Of a stretch of 24,116 nt of DNA, positions 9,001 to 15,378 are shown one piece after another. Within the stretch, counting starts at the first letter, position 1. Each line of letters starts with the position of its first letter. The position numbers and the translations under genes are program-made. The notes under the pieces are model-generated. The model was not told where the DNA came from, did no database searches, and worked only from the letters and a program-made list of their open reading frames with translations. Source of the DNA: a virus (lineage: Duplodnaviria > Caudoviricetes); the IMG/VR virus record IMGVR_UViG_3300020469_000262, positions 1 to 24,116 of that record; one strand, written 5' to 3'.

Positions 9001-11946
9001 AGTTGGTTTGATAGTAATGGTATTTTTGTTGCTTATCCTGGTGTCTTTAGAACATACTTGATCTATCACGCTGAAGCATTAAAAGAGTATATGGTTAATA
9101 CTGTTGAGCAAGATTGTATCAACCCAGGTCCTAATAACTCGGAAGTTCCTTACACTAATAGAGAACTACGTCCTACTGCAACTGCTGTACATAAGATTCA
9201 CCAGTTATTCCACTTAATAATGACAGGTCTTGAGAAATCTTCAATTCCTACTGTATATCTAACTGAACCTTTTGACGTTGGTGTTGCTGTTAATACTGAT
9301 GGTTCTATCGATTCTGTTGGTCATAAGTTTGAAGCATACGATAAAGTTAATTATATTGTTCTCGGTACTGCTGTAACAGGACTTGATAGGGCACAATATT
9401 ATATTCACCCAGATACAACTGCAAACAAAATATATCTAGCAGAATATATTGATGGACTTAAGATAACAAAACTTACACCTGGTACATCTGGACAGGTTCA
9501 CACATTATCTGTTGGAGTTGATAACGGTGTAAATCGTATTGCAACCACATATGGTACTAGAGATATTCCTACACCTACAGGTGGTGGTATTAATACTGCT
9601 GATATATTCTTTGGTGGTACAAGTGGGGCATATGCTGAAGTAATCCGAATTCAAGATAACCTTGCACAAGTTCTATACAAGGTAGATTATATTCCAATAA
9701 CTCATACAAGTGGAGCTGTTAAATTTACAAATGGTGAGGTTATTGTTAAGACAGGTGCTACAGGAAATACTGGTACAGTTCTTGCAACTGACAGTGCAAC
9801 TTATATTAAAGTAGTGATGACTTCTGGAACATTTGTAGATACCGATAATCTTGAGGGTGTTACATCAGGTGCAACTGCTACTGCATCAGGATCTCCACAT
9901 AAACGTATCCTTGTCAACTTCAAACAGGGTGAATTTATTGCTACCGATATAATATACAGTAAGCAAGACTCTGGAAAAGCAAATGCTCTTATCGTTAGAA
10001 ATAATGATGGTTCATTACTTGACAATCAATCTGGTAGGGTTACATATGATGTAACGACTGTAACAGGTCAATTTGAAACTGGTGATGTTATCTACGGTTC
10101 TGTTACTGATCAAATTGTTGAAATTGAAGGATTTAATAAATTACCTAACTTTGGTGAATATCTCCATACAACAACGATTACTAGATTTACATATTCTGCG
10201 TTAATCACTGATACTGGAGTTACAGATTCATTTAACGTTGGTGATACATTACAATTACAGAACGCTGGACAATCTGTAGGACATACATTTGTTGTTACTG
10301 AACGAGATGATGATAATAATTACGTATACCTTGCAAATGAAACAGGTAGATTCTCTGCTATTGGTGATGATTTAACAGTTGTTGCTGGTGATGCTGCATA
10401 TCAACTTGCTAAGATTCCTGCTGGATCTAACTTCCCAAGTGTTTACACACAAGGAATTTCTGCTATAACAATCACAAACACTTCAGCATATGGAAGAATC
10501 GAAAAAATTGAACAAATTGGTCTACGTGCGATCATTCATCTTGGTGATACTTCTGGAACATTCGTCAAGAATGCTCAGATCATTGGTGACTATGGATTCC
10601 AAGGTGCTTGTTCTGTTGCTAAAGAATTACGTGGACGTGTTAGAAGGTTCTTCAGAGGATTTGATGGCGTACAGAAAAACTTCAAGTTAACTCAAACTAA
10701 CGGTACAGCATACTTCCCAGATCCTGCTGGACATATGATGATATTTGTGAATGGTATTCTACAACCTCCTGGTGGTAATAACGCATTTACTGCATTTTCT
10801 GATAATATTCAGTTCACTGAATCTCCTGCTGCTGGATCTAGTTTCCACGGTGTATATGTAGGTAAGTTAAGGCAGTTGGATGACATCTCATTCGACTTCG
10901 ATTCATTACGTAACTCATTCAACTTGAAGTTATCTGGAGTCTTCTACTCACTAACACTAACTGATGGTGTACAAAGTAATACAATTAGACCTGAGAACAA
11001 TATTGTCTGTCAGTTAAATGGTGTTATTCAGGAACCAGGTATCGGTTTTGAACTTGTTGGTTCACGTATTATCTTCTCTGAAGTTCCTCGTGCTGGTTCT
11101 ACATTCGTTGCCTTCTCTTATGTTGGTTCTGATGTTGACGTTATTGCAGCAACAGTCGTACCACCAATCGAATCTGGTGATAATTTATTCATCGAAGGTG
11201 AAGAATTTGAAAGAGAAGTTGCTCTTATTGAATCTTCTAACTCACTAATTACATTCGAGTATACAGGTGCTGTTCGTGGACGTAACGCAGACGCACTTGC
11301 AACTATCGAGAAAGGACGTATCACTGAAGCGATACTTACAAACTCAGGTGATGGTTATACATCTCGTCCAAACATTGATGTGATTTCCTCCTCTGGTTTC
11401 GGTGGTAAGATTAAAGCACTTGTTGGTCTCGCACGTATTGATGTTAAGAACTCTGGTCAAGGATATGTACAACCTACAGTTACTGTCTCAACATCAGTTC
11501 CAGATGACTATCTAGGACCTACAGGTGAAGGTGTTAATGGTGGTATTGACATATATGATCCTAATTACATTCCAACAGGTCAGAGTCAAGCACAAGGTGA
11601 ATCATTCATCAATATTAATTCTCAACCAGTTAACGTAACTGTTAACCAAGGTCAGATTGCTGCATTTACTGTGGTTGCAACTTCAACACCTAGTGGTCAA
11701 TCAATTAATTATCAGTGGCAGAAGAAGGATTACGGAACTAACAGTTGGATAAATATTGTTGGTGCTACATCAAGTGTTTACACTACTCCTGCTACAACTC
11801 AGGGTGATGGTGGCGATGAATTTAGAGTCGGATTAACATCCACAGGTGCTACACCTATACTCTCTAACGCTGCTACATTGACAATCAACATCGGTGCAAC
11901 AACTGTTGATAACTTCACACCTGATCAAATATTCGATGACAACTAA
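1..11946 (+). CDS. gp7: Giant virion structural protein, gp7-like baseplate wedge initiator of T4-like cyanophages (5'-truncated, >3980 aa)
   Basis: Frame +1 is open from base 1 (KNNEFGFGYSHDYTLKPEITFP...), so the TTG at 427 is not the real start. Contains IQDSYFYQNFSYVIKS...W...V...HPVGFNLFGE (922-1044), recognised as a gp7-like wedge motif, plus PGSGY Gly-rich repeats. Lies upstream of gp8. Stop TAA at 11944-11946. Confidence 0.8.
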   Translation, partial: KNNEFGFGYSHDYTLKPEITFPVNLQLFNTALLAQIKITDPGSGYTSVPAVVIEGGGGSNASAEAIVKNNRLSEIIIKDPGSGYSSEPEVTLKSEFNYVVNVDLGYLQFNFPHGITNGAQIQLRAEDLGSTVGILPKPSSAGLVSLSANQTYYAIAGEANSLESDQLRISLTQLDAESGSYITFLTQGEGRQVLLTEVFGGQATAIVETSRFLEGELVYQGSSLELASATGYVSTNEGWQIGPRILKLENYDGEWLSGERVTGQVSRASGLIDNLSIARGTLEIASLTTTPGQFIDDVGKPSEIVQKIQDSYFYQNFSYVIKSQTPINQWRKPVLETNHPVGFNLFGELAITGGKDISGRKVVSDLVKEVNINSFTNINQITSFANAQPIYTQFNNTEVLFRQKRLTNSEEILTSIVKKVDNISEEFDGIRTQFPLNVEGSSVTATEDQMFILLNGVAQSPGTAFSTTGPSIVFSEAPKAPSRIKFRSLQFSQLIITRMTFSTIGGIFPLLGNTVRSLQNEGTALVIDSGVDYIDVLNVVGSFQINDNVLSSATGFNAVLSAKNNITSKTIFEQSERITNLSGKFAIIEENNLLDGVISDDLVVSRTSGTAAFETGEFEIKFNDIIYSARSKIAATVISIAPYQDSVSNQIIDTVDLSPSSSFFGLVFQRVPSITFPNVILDNISETVINPTELYSETANNQDFLDFENVRNQEIRYDGLTGTDFAAGTDIRLKKLYFTNSSMRTQPDTRAFNAAEALEKNAEFIAEEAVGLMLAFYPSFTIPTGNQNCIDDIVDVLNLIAWQVQYDGNSEVWDAANTYVQNNSIYHVDGQVAQTVYAMTKAKDLALKCINMEVINTSHTTKQQWRDTTVTAEYVVTDNSHADARALLLANKWYIAHESLHYAKLQNPGYTVSGGDEHCLSDIVDVIEALGYNTAHGGNDFIWEATDRILHYGVTSGDRNTIVNAFTKAKTMAVQIIQNNAVTKVDTSHGWVQVIDNTITVDAGNCAAVQSTITTLMDILITNLGTTASPGTRAAFQAAVTKTAPQADYSSGRLTYPVGDNACVNQTSAVTNFFKIITDTLQDPTGADKTTYQWSISNLQRVEPAYAFKDAETVKCVKHSYKNKSTGGFFIFGDVVKGITSGNTAEVIGSNGGNKWIYSKDPSGAFTVGEYITNTLLTNVGVVVDNLDYAVGTGSLDFNGSAHLTYPATEKLALGDGTVAAGDFTIELWIKATAVNTVQMLLDFRSSTSDTGSFYVLLNNNQIRWNVGNSDRITSTGVVANTWTHIAVTRSTGVTRLFVGGTLAGSYTDNTVYGNLPLKIGANASNSTPFTGHMENFMVKKGIAEYTVSFIPSAVYDSGDLNLSFGFDGEAPIPIIKGEIYATFQQSITSTASADGIELWRSEIMTEEVDLSREVERNCADIIETNKFWIAEEAVGRMKAKYPDFVIPGDTGNSTQGTDKCLRDTYEYIIPAIYKDLRYGGNYNSIIIGRGYLANQQGELAHVNEELLQSMYVWREVAKLCIDVITKDQTDLTGAYTTRIRVPNYFASPAGSTITTYITTLMDDLLDVLGPTGHRFRDGADLLYFNRKCIADEVVYWLEARYTIQINNQTVNQLYIPGGSPGRAKCVRDIRDHIIPAIATDLITGGNSNAQGIIDSYLDTNGKVSDVEHELLPMLEAIGYAKWLMEKALQNLLISRSENIANLPAGSSNAQTIDDFFQFQYTDLPAFRKAYDAAVNYDLTGNIITESTFYPPDPKIYTGTHRALDAADLINANKRTIAEEAVDLTTKQSAFTHYGFRVPGGKVHCEDDIVDILDGVIHDLRFSVNEKVYEASELYLNSDFGLKHVTDQADETIYAMRMARDMAILAIQNKLGFNPYESDYTDGGALGGGGGGIESRPDYDYNSGGGFASSTEAGNKYYDASNEIKNNLRFIATTAVGRGVSTYSGLTFGGYGYQSCVDDVIDVLEAVVFNLAHGGNNIVWYASDFYITIGNAIQHINSQATQVKYIFEQARDIAIQVMRQQLVTVNGYTEGYAIYDNTITIDNNGATTGQYTPTDATYDPTTGNLVLTKAGHVLTTNDSITLDPNSLVFNCTFDGNQSNKSYPRPYDPASGATLPITATTTDTFTVDVGTTSNGTYNVSYAIYEEDTGNMFLDVGNHNLSNGRHIRLPDNAISFLCPYGNGVHTYISGVTNAIVASTGGNHTAGSGTTYDPASGNLVLNIGSNTLTAPTTHTASNVAYNPTSGVMTITITSHPFSNGDQILIADNSLSFTCGQDSDTTNHYYPRPTDPSSGKWLTISNVSGDNFDVQVLATTPSTNTTVHNFVWAKTNGISRATSTVTIADSAVVFTCDADSHASNHAYPRASDPVSGTNVAVQAKTNTTITVNVGKSVGSNSTKSYPRSTDYASGKSLEVLEVTDSTFTATNATYNPISGVMVITSVAHGFNNGDAVMIDTNSLNFTCSMDNYGSVHSYPRLTDPAHNIYLPVQNKTNDTFEINVGTSPTQLYSPSNVVYNPTTGDMVITIGSHSLVAGAHVKLSDNAFTFTCLEDNNATNHSYPRTTTTTHSTTDAAYNPTTGVMTLRVPQHGFANGDQVKIADNSLVFKCAADDYSTNHSYPRTTDPASGSWLEISNITTNTFDVNVLLSTEIPSTNTTVHAYQSSTASNITWKKDRAYDVPLTVKSATDTTITVNVLASGRTPSTNTTTHTFVSAAANSVSVGGNYTHQFVSAKEHGIRFRNGRIKVNVNPSPTIYQYPHTFISAVTGAVQYGGNYTHTFVSSASNSVNYVVGGGNAARCSNQASAITTLMNITINMFDSSNTGNPRSYLDGVTRTLPGEWPLTGERASIRDTTITYDTAGSGKCATEASAINTLFSIPIGVIQTAAAGSGNYLVNQSITKTVTPIPYSSGNTLLSGGGICYNVTSAMATLSDLIEDTLGNAPEMYRQAAKLLMFNNEYIDKEAFYKSTNNYSGYAAELEFGTNIRKAMIYDILTDGNIATIQLVNSWFDSNGIFVAYPGVFRTYLIYHAEALKEYMVNTVEQDCINPGPNNSEVPYTNRELRPTATAVHKIHQLFHLIMTGLEKSSIPTVYLTEPFDVGVAVNTDGSIDSVGHKFEAYDKVNYIVLGTAVTGLDRAQYYIHPDTTANKIYLAEYIDGLKITKLTPGTSGQVHTLSVGVDNGVNRIATTYGTRDIPTPTGGGINTADIFFGGTSGAYAEVIRIQDNLAQVLYKVDYIPITHTSGAVKFTNGEVIVKTGATGNTGTVLATDSATYIKVVMTSGTFVDTDNLEGVTSGATATASGSPHKRILVNFKQGEFIATDIIYSKQDSGKANALIVRNNDGSLLDNQSGRVTYDVTTVTGQFETGDVIYGSVTDQIVEIEGFNKLPNFGEYLHTTTITRFTYSALITDTGVTDSFNVGDTLQLQNAGQSVGHTFVVTERDDDNNYVYLANETGRFSAIGDDLTVVAGDAAYQLAKIPAGSNFPSVYTQGISAITITNTSAYGRIEKIEQIGLRAIIHLGDTSGTFVKNAQIIGDYGFQGACSVAKELRGRVRRFFRGFDGVQKNFKLTQTNGTAYFPDPAGHMMIFVNGILQPPGGNNAFTAFSDNIQFTESPAAGSSFHGVYVGKLRQLDDISFDFDSLRNSFNLKLSGVFYSLTLTDGVQSNTIRPENNIVCQLNGVIQEPGIGFELVGSRIIFSEVPRAGSTFVAFSYVGSDVDVIAATVVPPIESGDNLFIEGEEFEREVALIESSNSLITFEYTGAVRGRNADALATIEKGRITEAILTNSGDGYTSRPNIDVISSSGFGGKIKALVGLARIDVKNSGQGYVQPTVTVSTSVPDDYLGPTGEGVNGGIDIYDPNYIPTGQSQAQGESFININSQPVNVTVNQGQIAAFTVVATSTPSGQSINYQWQKKDYGTNSWINIVGATSSVYTTPATTQGDGGDEFRVGLTSTGATPILSNAATLTINIGATTVDNFTPDQIFDDN
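922..1044 (+). other. gp7-like conserved core motif (QDSY.YQ.FSY.IKS...HP.G..LFG)
   Basis: Direct translation; motif recalled from T4-like baseplate wedge proteins. Confidence 0.7.
3565..4107 (+). other. LamG / concanavalin A-like lectin domain inside the giant protein
   Basis: GSLDFNG...GDFTIELWIK...NTWTHIAVTRSTGVTRLFVGG...LKIGAN...FTGHMENFMV is the typical Laminin_G_3 pattern. Confidence 0.85.
6151..8346 (+). repeat. Seven ~100-aa beta-rich repeats (Y[ND]P.[TS]G / F.C / YPR..DP / H.F.SA) arranged as nested insertions
   Basis: Exactly seven copies of each of the four sub-motifs, in a non-tandem order (see findings). Confidence 0.85.
10640..11125 (+). repeat. Two tandem ~70-80-aa domains (FDG....F.L...NG..Q.P...F......I.F.E.P), with a third copy at ~1252-1470
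   Basis: FDGIRTQFPL...LNGVAQSPG...IVFSEAP; FDGVQKNFKL...VNGILQPPG...IQFTESP; FDSLRNSFNL...LNGVIQEPG...IIFSEVP. Confidence 0.8.
11608..11889 (+). other. C-terminal Ig-like domain of the giant protein
   Basis: INSQPVNVTV..GQ.A.FTV.A...YQWQK...W.NI.GATSS.YT...D.G.EFRV...SNAATLTI. Confidence 0.8.
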
Positions 11947-13694
11947 TGGCAGCAGAAGGTACTTACAATCCAGCAACTAAGATATTAACCGTAACAGGAG
12001 ATGGTATGCCATCCCCTGTATCTTACGGTACTTTTCCTAATGATAATAATCCAAACACAGTAGCAGCATATACTTTCAATCACTCTTTCTTGTATAGAGG
12101 TGGTGAAAATACAACTGGTGCTAGTTCAGTTCCATTAGGTATCGTTGGTTTTACTTCTAACGGTGTTGCTATATTTAATCCTAGTGCTGGTTCTGGTGGT
12201 AGTCCTCCTACAGGATTTCATTGGGTTGCCACTGCTGACTATGGAATGGTTAATTTTGGTGAAGATAGTTATGGTGGACATCCCGAATCAACTGGACAGT
12301 ATCATTATCACGATGGTGAGTTTTTAACTGGTTTCAAAGAGAACCAGATAATGAGTTTATATAATGATTACTATGGTCAGAGTCAATTTGGACAAGATAA
12401 TTTACGTCATCCTGATGGACATTCTAAAATATTAGGATTTGCATTTGACGGTTATCCTGTATATGGACCATATGGATATAATTTACCAACAGATAATACT
12501 TCTCCAATAGTACTTATGGAAACAGGGTATCAAATGAGAAGTAGTATTGCTACTAATCGTCCTGCATATGGTATAACTTTAGCAAACCCTCCTAAAGGAT
12601 CTTTGATGGAGGATTATGAATATAACGTTAGCAAACCAGGTAGACATTTAGATGTTTACAATGGTCGTTTCTGCAATACTCCAGAGTTTCCAAGTGGAAC
12701 ATTTGCATATTTTATAACATTGTGGAGTGATGAAACTGAATCAAAAGAGTATACAGTAACTGTTACAAGTGAATCAAATGGTAACAAATACAGAATTGAT
12801 GGCGTACTTTATCCAAACTTAACATTTGTTAAAGGTAGTACATATAAGTTTATACTTTCTGATAATAGTGTTGCTAACCACCAATTATTATTTTCTGATG
12901 CAAGTAATGGTTATCACGGTGCTGGTACAACATACACAACAGGTGTAACTACAGTAGGATCTGCTGGTAATGCTGGTGCGTATACTGAGATTACAGTTGC
13001 TCAAGATGCACCGTCACAACTGTATTATTTCTGCTCTCTCCATTCTAATATGTCTGAGAGTAGTGTAATAACTGTGGTTCCTAATCGTCACTTGACTCCT
13101 AAGTTTCCATACATATTTGGTCTCTCATCTAAACAGACACTAAATATACCTAGTAACCAAGGTGTCGGCACACCTCCTGCTAGTGGAGGTGATGGTGGAG
13201 GTAGTAGTGGTACGCCTCAAACACCTAGTATAATAATTACAAACCAACCCACTAACGCAACTATTGCTGATGGTGGTACTCAAACTTTCAGTTTGATTGC
13301 TGTAATTGAACCTGAAGCTGGTACTATTGCATATCAGTGGCAAGTATCTACCGATGGTGGATTTACTTGGGCTAACCTTACAGGACAGAATACTTCTTCC
13401 TTACAAGTAGTAGCACAAGCGTTTATGACAGGTTATAGGTATAGATGTGTATGTATAGGTCCTGTCGGAGCTCAGACACAAGCATCTAACTCACCGCTTT
13501 CAAGTAACCTAGCAATTCTCACCGTAACAGGTGGAACGAGTCAACAAGATACATCTGGTATTTTGAAGTGGGACAGTAATGTCGGTAAATTTGATATGAC
13601 TTCGGTTCCTTTTGATAGGGACAATAACAACCCAGATCTGACTAGAAATAATATCAGACTTGACGCAACTAATTATAATTACGACCTTACATAA
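11946..13694 (+). CDS. YHYH-domain protein with inserted cupredoxin-like domain, Ig-like domain and C-terminal aromatic-Asp heptad tail (582 aa), probably virion-associated
   Basis: GGHP...QYHYH (12300-12311), HSKILGFAFDGYPVYGPYG, LDVYNGRFC.TPEFP.GT.AYF. ATG overlaps the upstream stop (TAATG). Confidence 0.85.
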   Translation: MAAEGTYNPATKILTVTGDGMPSPVSYGTFPNDNNPNTVAAYTFNHSFLYRGGENTTGASSVPLGIVGFTSNGVAIFNPSAGSGGSPPTGFHWVATADYGMVNFGEDSYGGHPESTGQYHYHDGEFLTGFKENQIMSLYNDYYGQSQFGQDNLRHPDGHSKILGFAFDGYPVYGPYGYNLPTDNTSPIVLMETGYQMRSSIATNRPAYGITLANPPKGSLMEDYEYNVSKPGRHLDVYNGRFCNTPEFPSGTFAYFITLWSDETESKEYTVTVTSESNGNKYRIDGVLYPNLTFVKGSTYKFILSDNSVANHQLLFSDASNGYHGAGTTYTTGVTTVGSAGNAGAYTEITVAQDAPSQLYYFCSLHSNMSESSVITVVPNRHLTPKFPYIFGLSSKQTLNIPSNQGVGTPPASGGDGGGSSGTPQTPSIIITNQPTNATIADGGTQTFSLIAVIEPEAGTIAYQWQVSTDGGFTWANLTGQNTSSLQVVAQAFMTGYRYRCVCIGPVGAQTQASNSPLSSNLAILTVTGGTSQQDTSGILKWDSNVGKFDMTSVPFDRDNNNPDLTRNNIRLDATNYNYDLT

Positions 13695-13697
13695 ATA
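13690..13697 (+). promoter_or_regulatory. Probable T4-type (gp55-dependent) late promoter, CATAAATA
   Basis: One mismatch to TATAAATA; overlaps the upstream stop codon and ends 24 nt before the ATG at 13722. Confidence 0.7.
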
Positions 13698-13721
13698 AAA
13701 ACGTAGAATAACCCCCCTACT

Positions 13722-15374
13722 ATGGCTAAACAGAATCTCAATATTGGTGTAAGTGCCAATGATGGAACAGGTGATACCCTGAGAGACGGTGCTATAAAAC
13801 TCAATAATGTTATAAACGAGTTATATACCTATCTTGGCGATAACACTAACCTACAACTTTCCATTGGATCACCATCAACAAACCAAGTTTTAAAATGGAA
13901 TGGTTCAGTATTTACTGAAGGACAACTTGCTGCATCTAATCTGACAGACGTGGACGTTAGTGGGGTTACTAACGGACAGGTTCTTAAGTGGAATACTGCA
14001 AATGCTCGCTGGCAGCCAGGCGACGATCTACAAGGTGGTGGTGGCGGTGGTTCATCAATTACTAACCTAACCAATAATGGTTCTGGTAACGTTGTTGTAA
14101 ATACTCATTTCTTACCTAATAGTGATAATACATTTGATCTTGGATCTACAACTCTAAGATTTCGTGATGGTTATTTTACAAACGCATCTATCTTCTTGGG
14201 TGATACTGCTATAAGTGCAGATCCAACTACACAAGAATTACAAAGAAAGAAAAAGAAATCACATACTGTAGAAAGTATTAACACAGGTGCAACTAGAACT
14301 GTATCATCAAAACTATCTTCTGAAGACTCAACACAAGAAGAGCAATTCAGAACTCGTTTTAGTGCTATGAAAGTTGGTACTAAGTTACATATTGAAGATT
14401 CAACTGGTGCAAAAGCAGAAGTTGATTTTGCATCATTTACTGCTGAGAACGGTGGTGCACGTGGTTTTATTAGTGTTACTGCTGCTGGTGCAAACCAATC
14501 TCAAGAATTATCAACCACTAACCCTGTTCACATAACATCTGTTAATACGATGTTGAGTGAAGATGAAACAGGTACAGTTTCAATAACAGGACAAAAATTA
14601 GATTTTGGTAGTAGCAATACTATTGAATTTGATGGTTCTGGTAACTTACAGATTCCAGAATCTGCTGAAATTAAATTTGGTAGTGGTGCAAATAAAAAAC
14701 TATCATTTGATGGTAGTGACAACTTGATTCTTGCTGCTGGTACAGATATTCAGTTTGGTACTACTAATAAACTTAGTATGGACGCATCTGGTAACTTAAC
14801 ACTTCCAGATGGAGAACTACGTTTTGGAACAAGTGCACGTAAATTAAAAGTTGATAGTGATGGTAACTTAGAACTTCCTAGTGACGGTGAGATCAAGATC
14901 GGTACAAAGAGAATGAAGATCGGTACCAATGGTGATCTTGAAGTTGCTAATGATGGTACTAACTTTAATGAGATAGGTGGAGGTATTGGTTCTCAGTTAA
15001 GTAATGCTCCTGCTGGATCTTCTATTATTAAAGGACACGATAACTCTACTATCTACAAACCATCTCCAACAATTTTATATGTATTCACTAATAATGGTAT
15101 GACGAATTACATAGTAAATGGACCTGGCTCTGCAAGTAATGCTGCTAATGGTCCTCTTATAGTTCATAGAGGATTCACTTATGATCTTAAGAATGCTGCT
15201 GGTGGACATCCACTAGAACTAAGAGTTTCTGATGGTGGTTCAGAATATACAGGTGGTGTTTCAGGAAATAAGAACGCATTACAAACTTGGACAGTTCCAT
15301 TCGATGCTCCAACAACCCTTTACTATCAATGCACGTCACACCCTGCAATGATAGGAACAATCACGGTCAAATGA
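13722..15374 (+). CDS. Fibre-like baseplate protein with gp9/gp10-type N-terminus, internal beta repeats and C-terminal cupredoxin-like domain (550 aa)
   Basis: MAKQNLNIGVSANDGTGDTLRDGAIKLN..INELY is the gp9/gp10 N-terminal signature. Two QVLKWN fibre repeats, five ~22-aa repeats, and a LYYQCTSHPAMIGTITV end. Confidence 0.75.
   Translation: MAKQNLNIGVSANDGTGDTLRDGAIKLNNVINELYTYLGDNTNLQLSIGSPSTNQVLKWNGSVFTEGQLAASNLTDVDVSGVTNGQVLKWNTANARWQPGDDLQGGGGGGSSITNLTNNGSGNVVVNTHFLPNSDNTFDLGSTTLRFRDGYFTNASIFLGDTAISADPTTQELQRKKKKSHTVESINTGATRTVSSKLSSEDSTQEEQFRTRFSAMKVGTKLHIEDSTGAKAEVDFASFTAENGGARGFISVTAAGANQSQELSTTNPVHITSVNTMLSEDETGTVSITGQKLDFGSSNTIEFDGSGNLQIPESAEIKFGSGANKKLSFDGSDNLILAAGTDIQFGTTNKLSMDASGNLTLPDGELRFGTSARKLKVDSDGNLELPSDGEIKIGTKRMKIGTNGDLEVANDGTNFNEIGGGIGSQLSNAPAGSSIIKGHDNSTIYKPSPTILYVFTNNGMTNYIVNGPGSASNAANGPLIVHRGFTYDLKNAAGGHPLELRVSDGGSEYTGGVSGNKNALQTWTVPFDAPTTLYYQCTSHPAMIGTITVK
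14595..14957 (+). repeat. Five tandem ~22-aa repeats (I.FG...k.l..D.sGNL.lp)
   Basis: LDFGSSNTIEFDGSGNLQIP / IKFGSGANKKLSFDGSDNLILA / IQFGTTNKLSMDASGNLTLP / LRFGTSARKLKVDSDGNLELP / IKIGTKRMKIGTNGDLEVA. Confidence 0.85.
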
Positions 15375-15378
15375 TTAA

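Larger units (their letters stand above)
2242..9231 (+). repeat. Seven ~150-aa helical repeats (A..l..N...IA.E / C..D....l......GGN / closing helix C.....AI.TL), partly nested
   Basis: Repeat starts near 2242, 2632, 4249, 4720, 5281, 5743 and 8812. Displaced closing helices near 3181, 8371, 8533-8631 and 8740. Confidence 0.8.

Noticed and set aside
11748-11755. GATAAATA inside the giant gene, CTAAATA at 13140-13146 and other internal TAAATA hexamers
   Set aside because: They are within coding sequence and expected by chance in AT-rich DNA; cannot be called promoters without transcript start data.
11925-11950. Possible programmed -1 frameshift fusing the giant ORF to the YHYH ORF
   Set aside because: No slippery heptamer or obvious stimulatory hairpin; TAATG overlap is ordinary translational coupling.
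13695-13721. C-run (ACCCCCCTACT) before the ATG at 13722 and no Shine-Dalgarno
   Set aside because: Too short to interpret; SD-less starts are common in cyanobacteria and their phages. No terminator hairpin was found in any intergenic gap.
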